Assembly (NCBI GenBank): GCA_964597145.1
Contig: CAZQWH010000001.1
Span: 166,441-230,440 of the forward strand
Length of the DNA: 64,000 bases
Source: an uncultured Candidatus Saccharibacteria bacterium
GTDB taxonomy: Bacteria; Patescibacteriota; CAZHWT01
Direction: 5' to 3'
The notes under the pieces were generated by a model. The model did no database searches. It saw nothing but the letters and a program-made list of their open reading frames with translations, and was not told the origin of the DNA. The position numbers and the translations under genes are program-made. Shown one piece after another: positions 37,474 through 46,611 of this stretch. Position 1 is the first letter of the stretch, and each line of letters begins with the position of its first letter.

Positions 37474-38067
37474 TTTATAAGGCTAATTTTCAATTTTAAA
37501 CGATTTTTTGTCCCAAGTATCAGTCAGGAAAAACATGCAACCCCAGAGACAAAACAGGCCTCACGTTTTAGTCTAGCGGAGTAGTGCCAATGACGAAATT
37601 TTACGTCAAAAATGGGGCTTTGTCGTCATTGCTAGTAAAGCGCAGCAATCTTGCCTAAGGTGTAATCCAAACGTAAAACTCCGATTTAATCGGGGTAGGT
37701 TGTCCCCGTCTACCGTGCTGCGCAAGCAGACAGGGCAGGCCACACGGAGCCTGCCCTGAACTTGCTAAATAGAGTGATAGGTATACAAAGTATTCAGTGC
37801 TTGCAATAAGATAGCTCTACCATGCAACTTGCTGCCGTCAGCGCAATAAATTGAATTTCATAGTTTTCGCCAGCACATAAGTGGCCACATCCTCTCTTCC
37901 TGTAGCGATCATCCCCACCAACGTCAAGCAACCTGTATCTCTAGAGTTCTAACGCAACGCGGCAGATGCACTAGACATCCAACCAGTAGAGGCAAGGGGC
38001 TAAAATGCCTAAAACCCAAGCCCCCTGCCTGGAACCTGGAATCCGAAACCTGCTATACTAATGCCCT

Positions 38068-39858
38068 ATGAAGCAAAAAAAATGGGTAATAGCCGACCGT
38101 CTCGACCCTGCCCTAGAGCAGCATTTACTCCTCTCCCGATTACAACAGACGAACAGTAGTGCCGAACAGTATCTGCATCCGTCACTCAGCGATTTAAGCG
38201 CTCCAGCCAGCTTTACGGGTATGCAGCCCGCTGTTGAACGAATTATTCAAGCAATTAACAATCACGAGTCAATCGTAGTTTGGGGTGATTTTGACGCCGA
38301 CGGGGTCACCTCCACTGCCATTATGTGGGAAACGTTGCATCAGCTTGGCGCAATGGTTATGCCCTACATTCCAAACCGGGATACTGAAGGCCACGGGTTT
38401 TCGCCAGAAGGTGTTAAAAAACTGCTAGACGACCAGATTGGGTTGGTGGTTACGGTCGATCATGGCATTACCGCCATCGACGAAGTCGAAGCGCTCAGCA
38501 ATCAAGGTATTGAAGTGGTAGTTACCGATCACCATGAACCGAGACTCGCTAAAAGCGAGCAAAAGACAAAAGACAAAAGACAAAAGACAGAATTCGAATT
38601 GCCAGATGCCGTGGCAGTAGTCCACCCGCTCTTAATGGATAGTCCTCAACCACTAGCTGGGTGTGGCGTGGCGTACATGCTAGCATATGCGGTGTGGTTA
38701 GCGCATAGGTTTCAGGAATTTTCTAAATCCGACGTATTAGAAACCCGTCAAGAATTTGCCCAAGGTAAAATTGAACTGGCGGCCATTGGCGCCATTGCCG
38801 ATATGGTACCGTTGCTGGGGGATAACCGGGTATTGGCAACATATGGCCTCAAATCGCTCGTTAAAACAAGCCGGCCAGGTCTACAGCAAATGTACCGTTT
38901 AGCTGGAATGGAGGATAAACAGCAGTTTGGTGCCTACGAAATTGGCTTTGGGATTGGGCCACGCCTTAATGCACCAGGCAGGTTAGGCGATGCGTTGCAG
39001 AGCTTGCGCTTGCTTTGCACTAAAAATCTGCACCGTGCTACTCAATTAGCACAAGATTTAGATAGCCTAAACCAAAAGCGCCAAGAGTTGCTGGCCCAAG
39101 TTGCCGAGGAGGCAAAAACCGAAGTTTTAAAGCATACAGACGGGGTCTATGTCCTAACCAAACCCAACTGGCCTGCGGGGGTATGTGGCTTGGCGGCCGG
39201 CAAAATTGTGGAGAGCCTGTATCGGCCAACCGTAGTTATGGAATGTATGGGCGAGTTATCACGCGGATCAGCCCGGTCAATCCGTGGCTTCGATTTTACG
39301 GCAGCTTTAACCAGCATCGCCGACCTATTAGAAACCTACGGCGGACACGCTATGGCAGCCGGTTTTGTAGCCAAAACCGAGAATTTACCCCTCATTGAAG
39401 AGCGGTTAAGCGAATTACTATGGCAGCAGTTCGACAAGGACTCCCTCCACCCTCAGCTAATGATTGATGCCGAAGTTAAGTTGGATGAACTAAGTTGGGA
39501 TCTACATGCGTTTATTTGCCAGCTAGAACCATTTGGCATGGGTAATCCTAAACCAGTCTTTATTTCTCGCAATCTGGAAGTAATTAATCACCGCCTAGTG
39601 GGCAGCGACGGTAAGCACTTAAAGCTAACGCTCGCCCAAGGGGAAAGGGAAAAGGGAGAAGGGGAAAGTGGCCAAACCCTTAACCCCTTCAATGGTATTG
39701 CCTTCAATCTTGGCTACCTAGCCGAACAACTCAAGCCCGAAATTAAAGTTGATGTGGCGTACCAGTTAGATGAAAATATCTGGCAAAATCGACGTAGCTT
39801 ACAGCTTATGATTAAAGATATTCGAATAGTGAAAATGAAAAACGACCCCTTGGGCTAA
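38068..39858 (+). CDS. recJ: Single-stranded-DNA-specific exonuclease RecJ
   Basis: DHH motifs (VWGDFDADGVTS, VVTVDHGITA, VVTDHHEP), DHHA1 domain and C-terminal OB-fold. ATG lies 8 nt after TGCTATACT. Confidence 0.9.
   Translation: MKQKKWVIADRLDPALEQHLLLSRLQQTNSSAEQYLHPSLSDLSAPASFTGMQPAVERIIQAINNHESIVVWGDFDADGVTSTAIMWETLHQLGAMVMPYIPNRDTEGHGFSPEGVKKLLDDQIGLVVTVDHGITAIDEVEALSNQGIEVVVTDHHEPRLAKSEQKTKDKRQKTEFELPDAVAVVHPLLMDSPQPLAGCGVAYMLAYAVWLAHRFQEFSKSDVLETRQEFAQGKIELAAIGAIADMVPLLGDNRVLATYGLKSLVKTSRPGLQQMYRLAGMEDKQQFGAYEIGFGIGPRLNAPGRLGDALQSLRLLCTKNLHRATQLAQDLDSLNQKRQELLAQVAEEAKTEVLKHTDGVYVLTKPNWPAGVCGLAAGKIVESLYRPTVVMECMGELSRGSARSIRGFDFTAALTSIADLLETYGGHAMAAGFVAKTENLPLIEERLSELLWQQFDKDSLHPQLMIDAEVKLDELSWDLHAFICQLEPFGMGNPKPVFISRNLEVINHRLVGSDGKHLKLTLAQGEREKGEGESGQTLNPFNGIAFNLGYLAEQLKPEIKVDVAYQLDENIWQNRRSLQLMIKDIRIVKMKNDPLG
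38561..38588 (+). repeat. Heptanucleotide tandem repeat (AAAAGAC)x4 inside the recJ coding sequence
   Basis: Four perfect tandem 7-mers encode KDKRQKT within a Lys-rich insertion. Confidence 0.85.
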
Positions 39859-39900
39859 AAGCCCGCAGGGTCGCGACAGAGCAATGGATAACCAGACTGA

Positions 39901-40122
39901 CTAGCTAACTCCCATGCTCGAAAGACCACGGTTGATGCGGAAGATCATGTCTTCCATGATCGCGCGTGACGCCACGCCGATAACACCGGCGATGACCAGA
40001 AAAACCATCTTCCTCATCATGCCCATCTCCTTCTCTAACTGCTCAAAGTCAGTATAACCGAACTTCGGCCAATTCTTCCATCGCGGACTGCGACAGAAAT
40101 CATGCGCCAAGCATAGTGGCAA
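39901..40122 (-). CDS. Hypothetical small membrane protein
   Basis: One hydrophobic helix (MVFLVIAGVIGVAS). Weak. Confidence 0.25.
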   Translation of the reverse strand: MPLCLAHDFCRSPRWKNWPKFGYTDFEQLEKEMGMMRKMVFLVIAGVIGVASRAIMEDMIFRINRGLSSMGVS

Positions 40123-40177
40123 ACCCAGTTGTCGCCACCACAGTCTCCCAGTCTTCCAGCACCAACCCTCCTTTACC

Positions 40178-40426
40178 TTACCGGTCGGGCGGACGATTGT
40201 ACAGAACCGCTGCCGTCCCCACGATAATACAGCCTAATCCTAGAGCCATAAAGAACATCCCTTGATACAGATACTCCTCCGTGATGGGTTTGTCACCACC
40301 AAACCCTGTAAAGAACATGCTAAGAATCAATCCGAAACCAAGCCAAATTAGACTTTTCAAGTTTTTGGGCATCAGCTGCTCCTTGTTAGGTGCGAATATA
40401 AACCTATAGTATAATAAATTGATCAA
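40178..40426 (-). CDS. Hypothetical small membrane protein (two TM helices)
   Basis: LIWLGFGLILSMFFTGFGG and FFMALGLGCIIVGTAAVL helices. Weak. Confidence 0.25.
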   Translation of the reverse strand: MINLLYYRFIFAPNKEQLMPKNLKSLIWLGFGLILSMFFTGFGGDKPITEEYLYQGMFFMALGLGCIIVGTAAVLYNRPPDR

Positions 40427-40536
40427 AATGTCAAACTGCCAAGCAACCCAGATGCGAGGCAGCTTAATTCCAGATTAGCTGACCGCTGGGCTATAGATAC
40501 TTTATTGTGGTGTGCTGAATCAGCAAGCGTAGAAAT

Positions 40537-42582
40537 TTGCTCGGCTGTAGTATGATGTTTTTACCTATGCTAACCGCCCGACAATTGTCTGCGAAAATTC
40601 ATGAGTATTTACCCGAGGCTGACACCAGTTTGGTTGAGCGTGCCTACGCCTTTACCAAAAAGGCGCATCAAAGCCAGACCCGTTATTCTGGCGACCCATA
40701 CTTCACCCATTGCCTGGCTGTGGCCCGACATCTGGTAGAAATGCAGCTAGATGTGGCAACTATCGCGGCTGGATTACTTCATGATGTACCAGAAGACACC
40801 ACTATAACTACAGAGCAAATTGCCCATGAATTTGGCGACGACGTAGCCTTCTTGGTAGATGGTGTAACCAAATTAAGCAAAGTCCGCATGAGCCAACAGC
40901 AGGTGGACCAGCAAGTCCAGACCGATCAAACCGATAAAGCCGCTCTCGATCGGGAAAAGACCGCTATGGAGAATTTACGCAAAATGTTCTTAGCCATGGC
41001 CCAAGATATTCGCGTGGTACTAATTAAATTAGCCGACCGTCTGCATAATATGGAAACGTTGGCCGCTGTACCCGAGCACAAGCAGTACCGGATTGCCCGG
41101 GAAACCATAGATATTTACGCGCCGTTAGCCGAGCGGCTGGGAATGGGTGAAGTTAAAGGCCAGCTGCACGATTTAGCCTTCCCCTATATAGACCCCGAAG
41201 GATATAAATGGATTAAGCAGGTATCGGGTCCCATGTACCGCAATACCGAAAAATACTTGCGTCGGGTTATGAGCTTTGTCGAGCACGAGCTGGACCAGCG
41301 TCAAATCCCAGCCTCAATCCATGGCCGCAGTAAGCATTTGTATAGCCTATACCGCAAAATTCAGTCCAAGAGCCGGGATTTTAGCGAAGTATACGATCTA
41401 GTCGCGGTGCGGATTTTAGTAGACGATGTGTCGGAGTGTTACGAGGTTTTAGGCTTACTCCATCACCATTGGAAGCCGCTATTGGGCCGAATTAAAGACT
41501 ACATCGCCTTACCCAAGCCAAATGGTTACCAAAGTTTGCATACCACCGTTTTTTGTCTGGATGGTAAAGTGGTAGAATTCCAGATCCGCACTCATCAAAT
41601 GCATCGAGAGGCAGAGTATGGGATTGCTGCCCATTGGAGCTATAGCACCTATAAAGGCGACGGGCTGCAACAAAAAAGTAACCGTTTAGCTTGGGTGCAG
41701 CAGTTAGCCAGGTGGCAAGAGGACATCTCTTCCAGCCAGGAATTTATGGAAGGGTTAAAAATCGATACCTTTCGTCATCGCATCTTCGTTTTTACACCCA
41801 ATGGCGAAGTGAAAGACTTACCAGTCGGGGCTAAGCCACTAGATTTTGCCTACACGGTTCATACCAAAATTGGTGAATCATGCGCTGGAGCCAAGATTAA
41901 CGGTAAATTAGTAACCTTAAACACCTCGTTAAATAACGGCGATGTGGTAGAAATTTTAACCTCCTCTCGGGCTACCCCTAAATCAGATTGGCTGGATATG
42001 GTTATTACCTCTGGAGCTAAGGCTCACATTCGTAAATACTTGCGCGAGCACCAATCGGAAACCGAGGAGCCAGTTAAGTTGGAGAGTAAAATTGAAGAAA
42101 AGGCGACCACCCGATCGCAGCCGATTAAAGTCCACCCCATCAGCTCCCCAACTGGCGAAGTGGTTGTAGATGGCACGAAGGGTTACCTGGTGCGGTTAGC
42201 TAAATGCTGCAAGCCAGCTATTGGCGATAGTATTATGGGTATAGTCACCGTTAGCGAAGGTATCTCGGTCCATAAGCGCTGGTGCTCTAATATTCAGCAT
42301 GTATCCAATAAAGCTCGCCTCATACCGGTATCCTGGGACGATGATAGTAAGCAGCGAGCCAGTTTGCGACTCGAATCCTACGACAAGCCTGGTTTAACCC
42401 GAGAAGTGGCCAATATCATGGCTCGCCGCCGGGTAAACATTGTGTCTATCACCGGCAGTACTCAGGATGACGGCATTAATGTGATGACTTTAGATGTGGA
42501 TATGCCCAGCCAGGTAAATGTGAATGATGTGGTGAATGATTTGTTGCGACATAAGAGCATCTACTTTGTGGAACGGCAATAA
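40537..42582 (+). CDS. rel: Bifunctional (p)ppGpp synthetase/hydrolase (RelA/SpoT homolog)
   Basis: HD hydrolase domain (HCLAVARHL...LLHDVPEDT), RelA_SpoT synthetase domain, TGS and ACT domains. Alternative start ATG 40570 (MLTARQ...) lies after a TAGTAT -10-like hexamer. Confidence 0.9.
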   Translation: MLGCSMMFLPMLTARQLSAKIHEYLPEADTSLVERAYAFTKKAHQSQTRYSGDPYFTHCLAVARHLVEMQLDVATIAAGLLHDVPEDTTITTEQIAHEFGDDVAFLVDGVTKLSKVRMSQQQVDQQVQTDQTDKAALDREKTAMENLRKMFLAMAQDIRVVLIKLADRLHNMETLAAVPEHKQYRIARETIDIYAPLAERLGMGEVKGQLHDLAFPYIDPEGYKWIKQVSGPMYRNTEKYLRRVMSFVEHELDQRQIPASIHGRSKHLYSLYRKIQSKSRDFSEVYDLVAVRILVDDVSECYEVLGLLHHHWKPLLGRIKDYIALPKPNGYQSLHTTVFCLDGKVVEFQIRTHQMHREAEYGIAAHWSYSTYKGDGLQQKSNRLAWVQQLARWQEDISSSQEFMEGLKIDTFRHRIFVFTPNGEVKDLPVGAKPLDFAYTVHTKIGESCAGAKINGKLVTLNTSLNNGDVVEILTSSRATPKSDWLDMVITSGAKAHIRKYLREHQSETEEPVKLESKIEEKATTRSQPIKVHPISSPTGEVVVDGTKGYLVRLAKCCKPAIGDSIMGIVTVSEGISVHKRWCSNIQHVSNKARLIPVSWDDDSKQRASLRLESYDKPGLTREVANIMARRRVNIVSITGSTQDDGINVMTLDVDMPSQVNVNDVVNDLLRHKSIYFVERQ

Positions 42583-42844
42583 GGCTGGCATAGCCAGTTG
42601 AATATAGGATACAAGATACATAAATGCGGGATGCGGAAGACGAAAGACAGAAGATCGAATTACGGGACTGCTGGACGATTAGATGCGAAATTTGAATATT
42701 GAAATTCAAAACAAATCCTAAGCTCGAAATCAGAAATACCAAACCCAACAACCTAAAGCCCGATATTCGATATACGATCTTCGATCTACGAGCCCCCTTC
42801 CCCGTCATTCTGGAATGAAGCCTAGCGAAGAGATAGAATCCCTT

Positions 42845-42896
42845 CTACAGTCTACAGTCTACAGTCTACAGTCTACAGTCTACAGTCTACAGTCTA
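42845..42896. repeat. Heptanucleotide tandem repeat (CTACAGT)x7.4 immediately upstream of the aspS -10
   Basis: Seven perfect 7-mers ending 9 nt before the TG-n-TATAAT extended -10 at 42903-42911. Confidence 0.9.
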
Positions 42897-42936
42897 AACC
42901 TATGGTATAATCATCTCAGATAAATAAGGAAACCAT

Positions 42937-44262
42937 ATGACAGAACGAACTTTAACCAAAAATATTGTGAAACAAGTTGGTAAGCAGGTGCGGATTGCCG
43001 GCTGGGTGGCCAATCGCCGCGATCATGGCAAAATTACTTTTTTAGATATTCGTGACCGCAGTGGAATTGCGCAGTTGGTGGGCATTAAGCTAGAAGCGGT
43101 GCCTAATATGTTCGATACGGTAGAAATAGTGGGCCTGGTGAAGCAGCGCCCCGAAAAAATGGTTAACCCCGACTTAGCCACCGGAACTGTCGAAATCGAG
43201 ATTGAGTCACTCAAGATTCTCAACCCCGCGGCCGAACTACCCTTTGACATGGGTGGCCTCAATCTCGATGTGTCACTCCCAACCTTATTAGATTACCGAG
43301 CACTAACCCTACGTCATCCCAGGGTGGCGTCAATTTTCAAAGTCCAAGCCAAGATTGTGGAAGGTTTTCGTCAAGCTGCCGAGGCTGTCGGGTGTACAGA
43401 GGTATTCCCACCAACAGTCTCTGCTTCTTCTACCGAAGGAGGAGCTGAGGTGCTCAAGGTGGATTATTTCGGGCATCCCGCCTTCCTTGTCCAAAGCCCT
43501 CAACTGTATAAACAAATGATGGTTGGCGTGCTGGAACGGGTCTATTTAATTTCCCATATCTACCGGGCTGAGCCATCGGTCACTACTCGGCACTTGGTAG
43601 AGTCGGTGCAGATGGATTGCGAAATTGGTTTTATTGACTCGTTTAATCAGCTGTGCGACATAATGGAACAAACATTTGCTCAGACAATTGCTAACGCTCA
43701 AAAGGCAGCAGCGGAGGAGTTGCGGTATTTGGAAGTAAAGCCCTCTCAGGTCACACATAAAATTCCCCGACTAAAAATGCGGGAAGCTCAGCAAATTATC
43801 TTTGAACGAACTGGAGTAGACCATCGGACAGAAAAAGACCTAATGCCAGAGGATGAGCGGGAAATTGCGGCATGGGCACTGGAAGAACATAGGTCAGATT
43901 TAGTCACCATTACCCATTTCCCTACCACTAAGCGCGCCTTTTATACCATGCCCGACCCGAAAGATCCAGAATATAGCCTAAGCTACGACTTACTCTACAA
44001 GGGTTTAGAAATTTGCTCGGGTAGCCAGCGAATTGATAATGTGGATCAATTAACACAAGTTATTCGCGACCGCGGCATGAACCCAGCCGATTTTGCGCTG
44101 TATCTGCAAGCATTCCAGTACGGTATGCCTCCCCATGGCGGTTTTTCCTACGGTTTAGAGCGCACGACCATGAAAATGCTCAACTTGGCGAATATCCGCG
44201 AAGCTAGCCTATTCCCTCGAGATATGGAGAGGGTCGACTTCCGCTTCAGCAAAAATGATTAG
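42937..44262 (+). CDS. aspS: Aspartyl-tRNA synthetase, type 2 (archaeal-like class IIb; AsnRS cannot be fully excluded)
   Basis: 441 aa. N-terminal OB fold, class II motifs 1-3 (…FRAEPS..TRHL.E…, …GGFSYGLERT…). Its size is typical of short non-discriminating AspRS. Confidence 0.7.
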   Translation: MTERTLTKNIVKQVGKQVRIAGWVANRRDHGKITFLDIRDRSGIAQLVGIKLEAVPNMFDTVEIVGLVKQRPEKMVNPDLATGTVEIEIESLKILNPAAELPFDMGGLNLDVSLPTLLDYRALTLRHPRVASIFKVQAKIVEGFRQAAEAVGCTEVFPPTVSASSTEGGAEVLKVDYFGHPAFLVQSPQLYKQMMVGVLERVYLISHIYRAEPSVTTRHLVESVQMDCEIGFIDSFNQLCDIMEQTFAQTIANAQKAAAEELRYLEVKPSQVTHKIPRLKMREAQQIIFERTGVDHRTEKDLMPEDEREIAAWALEEHRSDLVTITHFPTTKRAFYTMPDPKDPEYSLSYDLLYKGLEICSGSQRIDNVDQLTQVIRDRGMNPADFALYLQAFQYGMPPHGGFSYGLERTTMKMLNLANIREASLFPRDMERVDFRFSKND

Positions 44263-44286
44263 GTAGATTTTAATAATTCGGGATGG

Positions 44287-44323
44287 GTACAGGGATTGAG
44301 GGTTCTACCCTCAATCCCTGTAC
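44287..44323. terminator. Perfect 17 bp hairpin (GTACAGGGATTGAGGGT-tct-ACCCTCAATCCCTGTAC) between convergent aspS and the next gene
   Basis: Seen directly in sequence. 25 nt after the aspS stop and 5 nt before the stop of the minus-strand ORF. Confidence 0.5.
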
Positions 44324-44327
44324 TAGT

Positions 44328-44792
44328 TTAGTCACAGTCCCAGCGGATGTTGGGACTAACGTTGAAGCAAGGGTGACGGTCGCCAATTTCATTAAGTACT
44401 TGTATGGTTTGTTCTCTCCACCGGCAATCCCACTGTTGGAGATCCCGATGAAGTAAACAATCACTAGCCGATGACTCATCCAAGAATAGAGCCACCACCT
44501 TATTAGTGTGCCCGCCCCAAAAGAGAGGAAAGGCAATATCTTCGAATGGACCTCCCTTAACTCGGTCAAAGAGCCAGATACCCCGCTCGGCGGTAATCCC
44601 GACTGAAGTACCATCCTCCAATCTGAACGGCTTGGGAGTACCCTCCGGCCCCTCAATAGACACGAGTCGCTCCACCGTCGGCCATTCCTTCTCACCCCAC
44701 CGCTGATCGGTGATCTGGTATAGAGATTCACTCGCAGTTACGGCAAAAAACTCATGGAGTAGATCGGCCTCAACTACAGTCTCTGTATCCAT
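44328..44792 (-). CDS. Hypothetical protein
   Basis: 154-codon ORF. An overlapping alternative frame (44270..44731) exists. No motif recognised. Confidence 0.3.
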   Translation of the reverse strand: MDTETVVEADLLHEFFAVTASESLYQITDQRWGEKEWPTVERLVSIEGPEGTPKPFRLEDGTSVGITAERGIWLFDRVKGGPFEDIAFPLFWGGHTNKVVALFLDESSASDCLLHRDLQQWDCRWREQTIQVLNEIGDRHPCFNVSPNIRWDCD

Positions 44793-45175
44793 GCCTCATC
44801 CTTTCTCGGGTTTTCTGGACTACACTTTGTCCAGCATGACAGAGCTATACCACTCTAGTCGTTATTACTCAACCACCGACTGCCAAATTATTCTCTCCAG
44901 GAGGCATTCTTTTGAGCTTTATATGGTGGCTGATAGCCAACATTCGATAATTTTATGGGTTATCCCTCGATTAGGTTGAGAACCAACTCTGTACCAATTA
45001 TGCTTTGTGATATGCACTCAATAGAACCTAGAATCTAAAACTATTCGACTACGCTCATAGCCATGGTAAATAAGGTAAATCGAGCGGAAGGCACTAAATA
45101 GCATGAGTAAGAGCGCTCTGTTAAATAGGGGGCAGCTTAAGTTGTGCCATAGATGCAAATATGCTGCAGCGGCAA

Positions 45176-46354
45176 TTAATTCGCGCCCAGCAAAGCCCGG
45201 ACAAACTCTTGATCAATCGCTGGAACATAGCCTACCCAGCGGGCATCGCCCACGTCGGTATTGGCCCGGCCTTCAAACATCCATACCGGCTGGACATAGT
45301 CGGAGTTTTTGCTATCGGGCTCTAGATAACACAGAGTAATAAATAAGACGCGCCCGCTCATAAATGACGATGGTGCTGTATCACTGTTAATGGGGTTAAC
45401 CGAAACTAAGTAAGAGCCAATGGCATTTTTAAACATTTCGAAGGCGGTTTGTGCGGTAATAATCGGATAAGTAGCAGATTTAGTAAGTTGGATAGGAAAA
45501 TAGTTGTTTTCCAAATCAACGATTTGGTCAATTTCTAAGGCAGTGGATCGATCATCCTCAACCTTAATTGTTTCTGGGACAATCACTATAGAAATTGGGC
45601 CAAACTTCCCACCGGCGGAGTAGACAGGTAAGTCGTTAATTTTTTGGCGGAGAAAGGTGGCTTGGGCGTAGTTAGTTGGTGCCACAGCTGTGCTGCTCTG
45701 CGGTACGTAACGGCCATTTACCGGATTAACAAATTGAACATCCGGCGCGTCGTACTGCAAATCAGGATATTGGAATTGGCTGCGAATAAATTGGCTGGTT
45801 TGTTGGCCAATCGGCGAGAAACGGCTAAAGCTCTGGCGGCGGGCAAAATTAATCCGGCTAATATCTACCGACAAGTCAAAAGTTTGGTTGTTCAAATTTA
45901 AAATCAGCGACCGAATACCCTCCCCCCATTTAAAAGTGGAGGGGGTTGGCTGGGTAGGGCTAGTGGTAAAACCAAGATTAGTAGCCCGCGCTCTAGCCCG
46001 GTCTTGAGCGCTCAGCGACAGGGCCGAATCCGCTGCCCGATAGACAATTGCCGAACTACTTGCTTCGGGGTAAGTACCGCTCACTAAATCTAGTTGAATG
46101 GTGGCAGTTTCCGTAGTTACGTCCGCTAAGGGTAAAACAGGTTGGTTAATTTGGCCAAACGCAGCTGTGGGCAGGTTAGTGGCCTGTTCGGTTGTAGCAT
46201 CGCCAGTTAAGGCTCCCACGATGGCAAAGAATATGCGCCCAACAATTAAAACCACCACTACAGCACCAAATCCAACGGCAAAAACGCGAGTCATTTTTTT
46301 AGCACGGGTTAGTGAGGTCATGGGCAGGAACGTAATGCAAAACGCAAAAGTCAA
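45176..46354 (-). CDS. Hypothetical membrane-anchored extracytoplasmic protein
   Basis: N-terminal TM helix (VFAVGFGAVVVVLIVGRIFFAIVGAL), then a roughly 340 aa Ser/Thr/Gln-rich domain. No family recognised. Confidence 0.4.
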   Translation of the reverse strand: MTFAFCITFLPMTSLTRAKKMTRVFAVGFGAVVVVLIVGRIFFAIVGALTGDATTEQATNLPTAAFGQINQPVLPLADVTTETATIQLDLVSGTYPEASSSAIVYRAADSALSLSAQDRARARATNLGFTTSPTQPTPSTFKWGEGIRSLILNLNNQTFDLSVDISRINFARRQSFSRFSPIGQQTSQFIRSQFQYPDLQYDAPDVQFVNPVNGRYVPQSSTAVAPTNYAQATFLRQKINDLPVYSAGGKFGPISIVIVPETIKVEDDRSTALEIDQIVDLENNYFPIQLTKSATYPIITAQTAFEMFKNAIGSYLVSVNPINSDTAPSSFMSGRVLFITLCYLEPDSKNSDYVQPVWMFEGRANTDVGDARWVGYVPAIDQEFVRALLGAN

Positions 46355-46596
46355 AGGTCAAAAGTTCAGTTAAAAAGTTAAAACTACCATAGTATAATGC
46401 TTGACCGTTACTTTGACTATTATTATAGCAACATATGTTTAAAGCACACAATTAGACGAAGGTTTATCAGAAACATAATCAGCTTTGAGTTTTTACACCG
46501 CACTTTTGGCCTACACACTTTGAGTTTTAACTTATACAAACCAGAGTATAGAGAGAATATTTTAAACAGTTTAAAGAAACATTCTCAGATAAGCCA

Positions 46597-46605
46597 TGCT
46601 ATAAT
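46597..46605 (+). promoter_or_regulatory. Extended -10 promoter TGCTATAAT, 6 nt upstream of the gltX ATG (leaderless transcript predicted)
   Basis: No SD can fit between the -10 and the ATG at 46612. Same 9-mer as at rnpB and miaA. Confidence 0.55.
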
Positions 46606-46611
46606 ACCCTC

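Noticed and set aside
42583-42936. T-box leader upstream of aspS; same check upstream of gltX
   Set aside because: No T-box consensus (AATTAGGGTGGTACCGCG-like) or specifier/antiterminator arrangement. aspS has a plain extended -10 plus an AAGGAA SD, and gltX appears leaderless.
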